NCBI GenBank assembly: GCA_025839675.1
Contig: CP104013.1
Location: 2,220,001-2,252,000 of the forward strand
From: Candidatus Lokiarchaeum ossiferum
GTDB taxonomy: Archaea; Asgardarchaeota; Lokiarchaeia; Sigyniarchaeales; Promethearchaeaceae
Direction: 5' to 3'
DNA length: 32,000 nucleotides
The position numbers and the translations under genes were made by a program. Each line of letters begins with the position of its first letter. The first letter of the stretch is position 1. Positions 16,626 to 24,853 of this stretch are shown one piece after another. Below the pieces are notes generated by a model. It made no database searches, was not told the DNA's origin, and saw nothing but the letters and a program-made list of their open reading frames with translations.

Positions 16626-17246
16626 ATGGGAAAAATCATGTCAGAAATGCTAACTGACCTCTTACAGAACATATATTCACGTATCGCCACATTGGGTAAA
16701 TCAATCCAAACCCTTCAAGGAAGTGTTGAGTCCCTAAATACGAATTTAGGAGAGAAGGTTCAATCGTTGGTAGATTCAATCAAATCAATGACGGAATCAG
16801 TTGAAAAAGAAGGAGAAACCCAGAATCTGGTGTTTAAACAAATTGGTGAAGAAGCAGTTCAAGAAATCCAACTTTTGCAAGAACGAGTTGGCCTTAAAGA
16901 TCTTGATGAATTAACTGGCAGGCTTAACCAATTTGTGGATCTCTCACAAGAGGCACTAAAACCAGAAACGGTGGATATTTTACTCCGCGAAGTGCTTGAC
17001 TCTATCCGAGAAGTAAAGGAAGGGCCAAGTAGTAAAGAAACAACAGGGTCCAGCGAAGATCTTTTACAACGAGTGGATGATTCTTTATCAGGAAAATCAA
17101 ATCCTTCCCCTCAACCGACTCCTTCGGCATCAGTACCTCCACCAACAAGCCCTTCACCTCCAACCCCTCCACCTGCTGCACCAGATAAGAAAAAAAACTT
17201 AAAGGATTTAGGTCCTCCACCCGGGACAATCCCCCCCCCAAACTAA
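16626..17246 (+). CDS. Hypothetical acidic coiled-coil protein with C-terminal proline-rich tail
   Basis: The ORF is listed from 16494, but A/T-rich TATA-like boxes at ~16573-16600 favour ATG 16626 or 16638. The helical N-terminal ~150 aa show an 11-residue periodicity (LQGSVESLNTN/LGEKVQSLVDS/IKSMTESVEKE). The tail is NPSPQPTPSASVPPPTSPSPPTPPPAAPDKKKNLKDLGPPPGTIPPPN. Confidence 0.6.
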   Translation: MGKIMSEMLTDLLQNIYSRIATLGKSIQTLQGSVESLNTNLGEKVQSLVDSIKSMTESVEKEGETQNLVFKQIGEEAVQEIQLLQERVGLKDLDELTGRLNQFVDLSQEALKPETVDILLREVLDSIREVKEGPSSKETTGSSEDLLQRVDDSLSGKSNPSPQPTPSASVPPPTSPSPPTPPPAAPDKKKNLKDLGPPPGTIPPPN

Positions 17247-17269
17247 ATACATTAAAAGGAGAATAAAAA

Positions 17270-17722
17270 ATGTCACAAAATTACTTGCAGGATATTGCCA
17301 CATCGATTAACAGCATAACCCAATCTTTAGATGGAACAATTGCTCAAATTGAAAATTTGAATCGAGCTCTTGAAGATAATTCCAAGAATTTAATGGAATC
17401 ACTGACTGCAGTCAATGAAAATATGCGGTTAATTATTGAGGTTATTAAAAAAGGGCGCTCGAATACTAAAGAATCATTGGATGAAATTAAAAAACATATC
17501 GACGATGAGATCCAATCCCTCTGGAATGAAAAATCCCTCGAAAATATTGGAAAGGATCAAATCGAAGCGGTGAAAAAACTCAAAAATATTAATTATGCCA
17601 TTGGTGAAAATTTGTATATGACTCAAATGCTCTCTATCATTACGTCACTCCGTCAAATTTTGGGCCAAGCCAAAGCAATCAAGTTAACCAAACAAACAAC
17701 TGCAGCTTCCGCCCAAAAATAA
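17270..17722 (+). CDS. Hypothetical coiled-coil protein, paralog of the N-terminal part of 16626..17246
   Basis: 150 aa. YLQDIATSINSITQSLDGTIAQIENLNRALEDNSKNLMESLTAVNENM aligns with LLQNIYSRIATLGKSIQTLQGSVESLNTNLGEKVQSLVDSIKSMTESV. GGAG lies 12 nt upstream of the ATG. The gap to the upstream gene is 23 bp. Confidence 0.6.
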   Translation: MSQNYLQDIATSINSITQSLDGTIAQIENLNRALEDNSKNLMESLTAVNENMRLIIEVIKKGRSNTKESLDEIKKHIDDEIQSLWNEKSLENIGKDQIEAVKKLKNINYAIGENLYMTQMLSIITSLRQILGQAKAIKLTKQTTAASAQK

Positions 17723-17726
17723 TATC

Positions 17727-17735
17727 TTTTTTTTT
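17727..17735 (+). terminator. Oligo-T tract (T9) after 17270..17722
   Basis: Nine T residues begin 5 nt after the stop codon. Confidence 0.4.
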
Positions 17736-17818
17736 ACATTCTTCAATTACACCAATAAAAAAGGTGGATTCTTTATAGGAGAAAAATCTTTAAGATCGAG
17801 GATCATTATCTATGATGA

Positions 17819-18697
17819 GTGAAAAAAATGGCCCTTGGTAGCTTCTTCTTCGTAGTTGATGATGCAAAAATTGCACGTAAAGCAGTGTATTTATCCCCAG
17901 AATCACCCCAAATTGAAATTGGTGACAATGAATTTTTACGGATTCGAACAGGACATTCAGATAAATCGTATGTTCTCACCTTACTCGCCGATGCCCAACT
18001 TTTTACATATAAAAAGGAATTAGATGTCAAAAGAAAAATCGTGGAATTAATTGGAGGAGTCATTTTAGAACGTGATATAAACACAGAAATTCATAAAGAT
18101 GCATTAAAAATGTTTGTGGAAAAAATGGCCGAATTTAAAGATAAGCCCAATGGGGATTTAATTATCCTAATTGAGCAACGCCATGCCCAACATTTTGACA
18201 AACCTCAATTTATTTTGGATCAAAAAGAAATTGAAAAGCGGTTAACTGACAAGGTCAAATCCTTAAATAAGCGTGGAAAGTTTGATGAAGCCAATATTCT
18301 ATTAGATAAAATTAAAAAAATCCCAAAAAAACTTTATGCAGCCCATAATACCGCCGAGAAAGCATATAAGAACCGAGACTTTGATAAAGCGGAGCGTGAA
18401 TATGCAACTGCAAAGAAACATGCTGAAAATTTAGGGGAAAAAGATTTAGTTTCCATGTATAAATCCAAAATTAACTTAGCTCGGAAAACACCATCCTTAT
18501 TGAAAAAACGGGATGATTTTGTAGATAAAGCCCTTAGTAGTTTAAAAGCTGGCGATTTCACTAAAGCCCAACGTTTTTTCAAGAAAGCATCTGAAGCATC
18601 AGAGGACCTGATGGATTCAACCCGTTCTGAAGAATATGCACTAAAAGCGAAAGCACTCGCAGAATATGTCAGGGTTGATAAAAAATTCAATAGATAA
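17819..18697 (+). CDS. Hypothetical protein: unknown N-terminal domain plus C-terminal TPR/MIT-like helical repeats
   Basis: 292 aa. GTG 17819 or ATG 17828. The C-terminal half contains three repeats of the type (K/R)xG(K/D)F(D/T)(E/K)A...: KRGKFDEANILLDKIKK, KNRDFDKAEREYATAKKHAENL, KAGDFTKAQRFFKKASEASEDL...EEYALKAKALAEYVRV. Confidence 0.55.
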   Translation: MKKMALGSFFFVVDDAKIARKAVYLSPESPQIEIGDNEFLRIRTGHSDKSYVLTLLADAQLFTYKKELDVKRKIVELIGGVILERDINTEIHKDALKMFVEKMAEFKDKPNGDLIILIEQRHAQHFDKPQFILDQKEIEKRLTDKVKSLNKRGKFDEANILLDKIKKIPKKLYAAHNTAEKAYKNRDFDKAEREYATAKKHAENLGEKDLVSMYKSKINLARKTPSLLKKRDDFVDKALSSLKAGDFTKAQRFFKKASEASEDLMDSTRSEEYALKAKALAEYVRVDKKFNR

Positions 18698-18703
18698 GAA
18701 GTA

Positions 18704-18712
18704 TTTTTTTTT
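18704..18712 (+). terminator. Oligo-T tract (T9) after 17819..18697
   Basis: Nine T residues begin 7 nt after the stop codon. Confidence 0.4.
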
Positions 18713-18750
18713 ACTACATTTCATTTAATGAACAATTTAAGGTAATCAAC

Positions 18751-19773
18751 ATGACCATAATTGGTATACTTACAGATTTTGGAATGCGTGGCCAACATTA
18801 TGTCGCAGAAATGAAGGGAGTCGCATTAAAAATTAATCAAAATGTACGTTTTATTGATGTCTCCCACACAATAACTCCTTTTTCAATAATGGAAGCGGCT
18901 TACACATTGTATACCGTCTACGATACATTTCCAGCAGAATCTATCTTTGTATGCGTGATAGATCCAGGAGTCGGCTCGGATCGCGATATTGTAGCCATCC
19001 AAACCATAGATAATTATATATTAATAGGTCCAGATAATGGAATATTTTCCTATTTTGCCCAGAAAAACTTGATTAGCATGATAATAAAGATTACTGAACC
19101 TGATTTCTATAATCCGAGGTACGCTGAAGCATTAAAAATCGTTGAAAAACGTCAAGAATTTCAAAAGGATGTCTACACGCAAGATCAAGGGATCAATCCT
19201 TTAGAAAATTCAAACCGATTGAAGATTGATTCGGATGAAATCCCAAGATCGATTCCAGATACCACTTCAATTGCCCCTACTCAATTGACCCCAATTACAA
19301 GCACCTTTCATGGAAGGGATATAATGATGCCTGTTGGAGCTCATTTATCAAATGGTCTTGATTTGTTTAGCATAGGGGAACCAAAGGATGAATTGGATGT
19401 TATATTGAATATTGAACCCGAAATATCAGAGGATAAGCAATTTATTACAGCTAAAATTCAATATATTGATGATTTTGGGAATATAATAACAACAATTCCA
19501 ATCGTAGAATTCCAGATGTTTACTTTTAACAAAAAATGTTCCTATCATTTGCATCATAGGGAAAAAAATCACCCTATAATTGCCACCCCTACCTTTGCAG
19601 GGCATGATTCAGATCAATTATTGCTGATTGAAGGATCCAGCGGATTTTTGGAGATTTGTTGCAATAAGGCTCGAGCTGATGAGGTAATTGATGCAGCCTT
19701 GGAAGATTCATTCAAGTTAGAAATAATGGGGGCATTATTTAGCGAATTTACAGAATTCCCCTTTAGCCAATAA
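18751..19773 (+). CDS. SAM hydroxide adenosyltransferase / SAM hydrolase (DUF62, fluorinase-chlorinase family)
   Basis: 340 aa. IGILTDFGMRGQHYVAEMKGV, FIDVSHTITPFSI, VCVIDPGVGSDRDIV, GPDNGIFS and STFHGRDIMMPVGAHLSNG are the hallmark motifs. A linker of about 58 aa is inserted before STFHGRD. Confidence 0.85.
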   Translation: MTIIGILTDFGMRGQHYVAEMKGVALKINQNVRFIDVSHTITPFSIMEAAYTLYTVYDTFPAESIFVCVIDPGVGSDRDIVAIQTIDNYILIGPDNGIFSYFAQKNLISMIIKITEPDFYNPRYAEALKIVEKRQEFQKDVYTQDQGINPLENSNRLKIDSDEIPRSIPDTTSIAPTQLTPITSTFHGRDIMMPVGAHLSNGLDLFSIGEPKDELDVILNIEPEISEDKQFITAKIQYIDDFGNIITTIPIVEFQMFTFNKKCSYHLHHREKNHPIIATPTFAGHDSDQLLLIEGSSGFLEICCNKARADEVIDAALEDSFKLEIMGALFSEFTEFPFSQ

Positions 19774-19814
19774 AACCTTTTTTTTCCTAAAAATACAAGA
19801 ATGAGGGATAATTT

Positions 19815-20969
19815 ATGAAGGTATCATCTAAAACCGAGATTGTTGCATGTTTTCATGAGACAGACTTACCCAAATTTCATACGGGCAAGTTATCCTCAAT
19901 AGTTTATCCAGCAACACGGGAAGAAAAAAACCAGAAAAATCTTTCATTCATCATCTGCAGAGTATATGCTTTTACGCTTGATGGAAAATATCTTGTTCAA
20001 AGGCGTTCAGTGACTCGAAAAGTTTTACCATTAAAATATTGCGATTCCGCTTCAGGACATGTCCAATTTCATGAAAATTTCTCTTTTGAACACATTCAAA
20101 CAGAAGCATGGCGAGAATTGACTGAAGAAATGGGTGCAAAAGTAATCTATGGTCGATTTTTGGATATGAAAATAGAACATAATCGGGAAAAAGCATGTGA
20201 ATTGGCCTATAATTTTATTGCTCTTATTGAGGATGCCATCCACATTGATTTAAAAGAAGTAGCACCTGAATCGGGGTTTTACACTCAGGAAGAAATGACC
20301 ATCCTGCTAAATCAAGAAAACTTTGTTCACATAACTCACGAATATTGGAAAAGAATTATTACCCAAAATCTCCAATCAATATTAATTACTGAATATGAAG
20401 AGAACCAAAAGTCAAAACAATCTTTAACCCCCATTTCTGCCACCAATCAAGACGATGCGAACCGATTTTCAGTAGGAGCGATAGTAGGGCGATTCCAACC
20501 TTTTCATAATGGACATCTTCAATTAATTCTTGAAATCTTCCAAGAGGTAAAATTTATAAAAATTGGTATAGGCTCCTCGCAATATTCTCACACAGCAGAT
20601 AATCCATTTTCTTTTGACGAACGAAGAAAGATGATAGAGGCCGCTTTAAAAGAACAAGATATTGCAGCAAGTTATTTTCAAATTTATCCTATTCCTGATT
20701 TACATAATATCTCTAAATGGACCACAACAATGCTAGAGATTTTGGGGAATTTTGAGATTTTTTATTCAAATAGCGAATGGATCCGTCAATATTTATCAAA
20801 TCATGGCAAAAAAATTGGCGCTTTAAAAAAAATTAATTTTCAACGATTCAATGGAACATTTATCCGTTCCGAAATCATGGCAGATCGAGAAACTGCCGGA
20901 CTGATACCTTTAGCAGTTATCAATGTTCTGAAAGAAATTAAAGGATTTGAGCGAATAAAATCTCTTTAA
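19815..20969 (+). CDS. nadM: Nudix hydrolase domain fused to archaeal-type nicotinamide-nucleotide adenylyltransferase
   Basis: 384 aa. The N-terminal half has a Nudix box variant E-HIQTEAW-RELTEEMGA. The C-terminal half, VGRFQPFHNGHLQLI...IGIGSSQYSHTADNPFSFDERRKMI...NGTFIRSEI...VLKEIKGFERI, matches archaeal NMNAT with the (H/T)xGH motif. Confidence 0.85.
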   Translation: MKVSSKTEIVACFHETDLPKFHTGKLSSIVYPATREEKNQKNLSFIICRVYAFTLDGKYLVQRRSVTRKVLPLKYCDSASGHVQFHENFSFEHIQTEAWRELTEEMGAKVIYGRFLDMKIEHNREKACELAYNFIALIEDAIHIDLKEVAPESGFYTQEEMTILLNQENFVHITHEYWKRIITQNLQSILITEYEENQKSKQSLTPISATNQDDANRFSVGAIVGRFQPFHNGHLQLILEIFQEVKFIKIGIGSSQYSHTADNPFSFDERRKMIEAALKEQDIAASYFQIYPIPDLHNISKWTTTMLEILGNFEIFYSNSEWIRQYLSNHGKKIGALKKINFQRFNGTFIRSEIMADRETAGLIPLAVINVLKEIKGFERIKSL

Positions 20970-20988
20970 TTTTCACTTTATTTTATAA

Positions 20989-21534
20989 TTGCTCGAAAAA
21001 ACTGTTTTAATTATGAATGTCTTTTTTGATACTATGGCTGACTATGATGCCGATGCAGAGTTGATGGACTTAGCTAATCAATTGTTAGCTCAACTCAAAA
21101 TGAAAAATCTTACTTTGGCGACAGCCGAAAGTGCCACAGGAGGGTTTATCAGCCACCTACTCACCAATATTGATGGTAGCTCTAAAGCCTTTATAGGAGG
21201 TGTTATTGCTTATTCAGCACATCTCAAAAATTTTACACTAAAAGTCGATTATGACCTCATTAATGATTATGGGACCATTTCTCCAGAAGTAACTGAGGCG
21301 CTATTAGATGGCTTAAAACAAATAATGCTGTCGGACATAGGAATCGCAATCACGGGAGTAGCAGGATCCTATATTTTGGAGGGCAAACCACGCGGATTAA
21401 TGTATATTGGAATTGGCACACACGCTTGTAATAAAGTAAAAGAATTTCGATTTCATGGCACAAGAATGGAAATCAAACGCCAATGCGCAAAAGCCACTTT
21501 TGAATTCTTACTCGCAGAATTAGAAAATATGTAA
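20989..21534 (+). CDS. pncC: CinA C-terminal domain protein / NMN amidohydrolase (PncC-like)
   Basis: 181 aa. LTLATAESATGGFISHLLTNIDGSSKAFIGGVIAYS...GIAITGVAG is the CinA/PncC signature. TTG 20989; ATG 21013 or 21034 are alternative starts. Confidence 0.8.
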   Translation: MLEKTVLIMNVFFDTMADYDADAELMDLANQLLAQLKMKNLTLATAESATGGFISHLLTNIDGSSKAFIGGVIAYSAHLKNFTLKVDYDLINDYGTISPEVTEALLDGLKQIMLSDIGIAITGVAGSYILEGKPRGLMYIGIGTHACNKVKEFRFHGTRMEIKRQCAKATFEFLLAELENM

Positions 21535-21586
21535 GAACCGTTTTTATTTTCTGTCCAAATTCTTTAAAGGTTTTTTTGCTTATCAC

Positions 21587-22663
21587 TTGTTATCAATGGA
21601 ACCAATCGTCATCGATGGATCATTTGGAGAGGGAGGGGGTTCGATTCTCCGCATTTCAGCAGGATTGGCTTGCGTTATAAATAAACCGATTCGAATAATT
21701 AATATTCGCAAAAATCGCACCAAACCGGGATTAAGATTACAACATTTAGTTGGATTACAAGCCCTTGCATCGTTAACAGGAGGAAAAACCAGCACCATCG
21801 AAGTTGGGTCCACAGAAATCGAATTATTTCCTGGAGAGAAGTGGAGTAATAAGATAGATGTTTCAATAGCGACTGCAGGAAATATTGGATTACTAACACA
21901 GACCTTACAAAATGCTTTGTTTCTGGCACCACCACCAAATTGCGAATATAAGATCAATGTACAAGGAGGAGGAACATACGGAAAATATGCTCCCGGCCCA
22001 GATTATTTGAATAATGTTACGTATACACTTTTCAAACAAATGGGATATAATGTCAACATTGAAGTTATACAACATGGGTTTTTCCCAAAGGGTGGTGGAG
22101 AAGCTTGTATTACAATCCAGCCTAAGACAACTCTAGCAGAATATCAACCAATTTGGTTTGAGGAACGAGGAGAATTGCTCGGAATAAAGGGAGTTATCCA
22201 TGTAGAAGAACGATTATGGAAGCCAAAAGTTGCCGAAAGGATACTTGCCAGTATCAAACAGCACCTCTCTGCTCCTTTTGCTAAGAGTATTGAAGTAGAA
22301 ATCACCCCTCAATATCATAAATCGCTTTCTACAGGGGTAGGGGTTGATGTATGGAGTGAATTTTCTAACGGAGAAGTATTGGGAGCAGGTACAATTTTAG
22401 GAGAACGAGGAGTCTCGTCAGAAAAAGTCGGAAAGAAAGTTGCAGTAGAATTAAACAAAATTTTGAATGGAACAGCAACTGTTGATGAATTTGCTTCCGA
22501 TCAAATTCTACCCTTATTGTGTCTAATCGAACAACCTTCAAAATTCAGACTGGCCTCAATTTCTTCCCATTTTAAGACTAATTTGGATCTTTTAGAATTT
22601 TTCTTCCATCGAAAATGGGAACTAACCAAAACTACGGGCGGATTTTTCGTGGAATATCAATAA
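21587..22663 (+). CDS. rtcA: RNA 3'-terminal phosphate cyclase
   Basis: 358 aa. IDGSFGEGGGSILRIS, RTKPGLRLQHL, and the C-terminal SSHFKTNLDLLEFF containing the candidate nucleophile His. TTG 21587 or, more likely, ATG 21596. Confidence 0.88.
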   Translation: MLSMEPIVIDGSFGEGGGSILRISAGLACVINKPIRIINIRKNRTKPGLRLQHLVGLQALASLTGGKTSTIEVGSTEIELFPGEKWSNKIDVSIATAGNIGLLTQTLQNALFLAPPPNCEYKINVQGGGTYGKYAPGPDYLNNVTYTLFKQMGYNVNIEVIQHGFFPKGGGEACITIQPKTTLAEYQPIWFEERGELLGIKGVIHVEERLWKPKVAERILASIKQHLSAPFAKSIEVEITPQYHKSLSTGVGVDVWSEFSNGEVLGAGTILGERGVSSEKVGKKVAVELNKILNGTATVDEFASDQILPLLCLIEQPSKFRLASISSHFKTNLDLLEFFFHRKWELTKTTGGFFVEYQ

Positions 22664-22871
22664 CGAACTAAAAATATTTGAAAAAATTTCATAATTGGTC
22701 CAAGAGATTTTTTTTCTTTATATACATTCATTGAGAACTATTTGAACTTTTTGACCGATACAATCTTTTTTAGGAAAAAACGCCATTAAGTAATATATTA
22801 ACAAGGATTTCATCTATGAATTTGGATGATCTTACTCCCGTGAAGTGAAATCCCGAAATCTGTGAAAAATT

Positions 22872-23921
22872 ATGGCAAGATGTCCAAGCTGTGGTCATGA
22901 ATCTGACCTTGATACCTATATCTGTGATAACTGCGAATATAAACTCAAAGAAGAACGCATTGAGGCAATTCCGATTTTTACTCGACCAAATATCAGATTA
23001 TATAAGCCCGATAACAGATTTAAGCGCATTTATAAAGTAATCAATCCAATAAAAACCCCCATTGCTTTCCGTGACATTAATAAAAAGAAAGATGGAGGAG
23101 GACCTCGATTTATTACGTGGTTCAATGGTTTTCTCATTGGATTATGTGCGCTTGCAGTAAGTTGGCACTTAGATATTCAACTTTATCAAGGTGTAGAATT
23201 AACTCCGATGTCCATCTCATTCAGCCCATTTGCAATCACATGGGGGTATAAATGGGTTGCATTCTTAAATAGTTTTATTATCTTCCTATGTTTCTTCATT
23301 TTCGGAATTATTTATTATGTCATTATTTTCAAACTGTATAATTTTGCCTTTGGACTGGCAGCCAATTTTTCAGTCCAGCTGGATGGGTTACTGGCCATTC
23401 GGTATAACGTCAAATTGAAAAAGAGCAAACTTAATGACATGATCTCAGGAAAGAGCCGTTTGGAGAAAAAATCAGGAATCGAGGGCGAAACATCCTTCCA
23501 AACATCTCAGAAGAAAGATTTTATGACAAAACTATCCCAAACAGGCAAAAATAAAATTATGACTTACGCCTACGCCCCATTAATAATAATTAACTTCATA
23601 TCATTTTTACTAATTGCAATCGCGCTCCCTACCACAACTCTCGCAAACACGAGTGGAGTTACCTTCTCGAGTATTAGTAATACGATGAGTGATATCTGGT
23701 CATCTAAACTCTGGATGGTCTTAGATGGACTGCAATTATTAGGAATCATCTGGGTTGCGTGTACGATGAGTGTTGCACAACGAGAAATTGGCAATACCAG
23801 CACCACCCGTCTCTTAATAGGAAATATGATTATGGCGCTTATAATCGGATTTACCACAATCATGCTACGTCCTACTTTCGGGGCCAATAATTGGAATATT
23901 ATTGAATCTTTTACTAGTTGA
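22872..23921 (+). CDS. Zinc-ribbon N-terminus plus polytopic membrane protein (possibly Yip1-like)
   Basis: 349 aa. CPSCGHESDLDTYICDNCEY (CxxC-x12-CxxC) is followed by about 6 hydrophobic helices and a charged loop (KLKKSKLNDMISGKSRLEKKSG...). The Yip1 idea rests only on the overall layout and the NPIKTPIAF segment. Confidence 0.5.
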   Translation: MARCPSCGHESDLDTYICDNCEYKLKEERIEAIPIFTRPNIRLYKPDNRFKRIYKVINPIKTPIAFRDINKKKDGGGPRFITWFNGFLIGLCALAVSWHLDIQLYQGVELTPMSISFSPFAITWGYKWVAFLNSFIIFLCFFIFGIIYYVIIFKLYNFAFGLAANFSVQLDGLLAIRYNVKLKKSKLNDMISGKSRLEKKSGIEGETSFQTSQKKDFMTKLSQTGKNKIMTYAYAPLIIINFISFLLIAIALPTTTLANTSGVTFSSISNTMSDIWSSKLWMVLDGLQLLGIIWVACTMSVAQREIGNTSTTRLLIGNMIMALIIGFTTIMLRPTFGANNWNIIESFTS

Positions 23922-23976
23922 TCACATATCATCCACATAATATCCCTTTTTTTCTTCTTTTCACCCTTTATTCTTA

Positions 23977-24657
23977 TTGGTTCCTATGAATTTTTCGCCT
24001 GAATCTCCTCAACCCAAATCAATTATTACATCTCCTCAAAAGAGAACCGTAGTGGATATTAAGGCGGATTTATATTCCATTTTTCAAACAGCTGCTTTTC
24101 TAAAAGATCGTTTTGAATCGGGAATGGTGGATGCTCTATTTTATTATCGTCGTTTGAAACACTCCCATTCTGAATTAGTAGGACTTCAAAATGAACTCTC
24201 TCTCTGGAACCGTTCTTTATTGGAGATCATTGATGATTTCAAAATTGATCAAAATTTCACTTCCATTCTTTCAGTAATATCTTCGATTCAAGATTTTAAA
24301 TTCAATGAAATTGCTCAAACATGGCAACTTGATCCTTATTTATTGGCTTCAGTGGCAACGGAATGTACATCCAATTTCATTACTATTATTGATTATTTGC
24401 ATTTAATTGAAGCCTTTGAGGAAGAATTTTTCCAGCAATTGATGGGGGATCTCGAAAAAAGCTTAAGTCAAATTAATACTTTTCAGCCCTTTTTAATCCA
24501 AATTGCCCAATTAAATCAAAATCTCCCACTTTATCTCCAACAATCAGGACTTTACCAAGCTACAGACCCAACCCACATTAAAGCAATTCTCCAAAAAATC
24601 GAACAAAGTATCTATACTCTCTTTCAAGAATTTAAACAATATTTGCACATTCAATGA
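23977..24657 (+). CDS. Vps28-like protein (ESCRT-I subunit homolog)
   Basis: 226 aa, about the length of eukaryotic Vps28. The N-terminal part ADLYSIFQTAAFLKDRFESGMVDALFYYRRL aligns with human [31 protein letters not shown]. The C-terminal part SNFITIIDYLHLIEAFEEEFFQQLMGDLEKSL...THIKAILQKIEQSIYTLFQEFKQYL aligns with SLFITVMDKLRLEIRAMDEIQPDLRELMETM...SQVRQMLFDLESAYNAFNRFL. TTG 23977 or ATG 23986. Confidence 0.65.
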   Translation: MVPMNFSPESPQPKSIITSPQKRTVVDIKADLYSIFQTAAFLKDRFESGMVDALFYYRRLKHSHSELVGLQNELSLWNRSLLEIIDDFKIDQNFTSILSVISSIQDFKFNEIAQTWQLDPYLLASVATECTSNFITIIDYLHLIEAFEEEFFQQLMGDLEKSLSQINTFQPFLIQIAQLNQNLPLYLQQSGLYQATDPTHIKAILQKIEQSIYTLFQEFKQYLHIQ

Positions 24658-24819
24658 AAATCCTTTCCTTCTTTTCAAAATATTTTTTTGCTATTTTGAC
24701 CTATTTCATTCAAGAATCTTCTTTTTAAGCCAACGTGGAGTTTTCCCTATTAAATGTTTAGTTTTCTTCCCCCGAAGCGAAAATTTAATATTTTATGCTA
24801 ATTTCTCTTCCATATTATA

Positions 24820-24837
24820 ATTGCAAAATTTTGCAAT
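24820..24837. promoter_or_regulatory. Perfect 18-bp palindrome ATTGCAAAATTTTGCAAT in the eL34 leader
   Basis: The sequence is its own reverse complement. It lies 3 nt upstream of the SD-like AAGGTG (24841-24846) and 17 nt upstream of ATG 24854. Confidence 0.35.
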
Positions 24838-24853
24838 GTTAAGGTGTTAAATA

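Noticed and set aside
21587-22663. Idea that the RtcA homolog lacks its catalytic histidine (Rcl1-like), because the segment VDEFASDQ has no His.
   Set aside because: Against the E. coli RtcA sequence as I recall it, the adenylylated His lies further downstream in the S-x-H-x-x-T-N motif. That motif is present here as SSHFKTN, so the enzyme looks like a normal, active cyclase.
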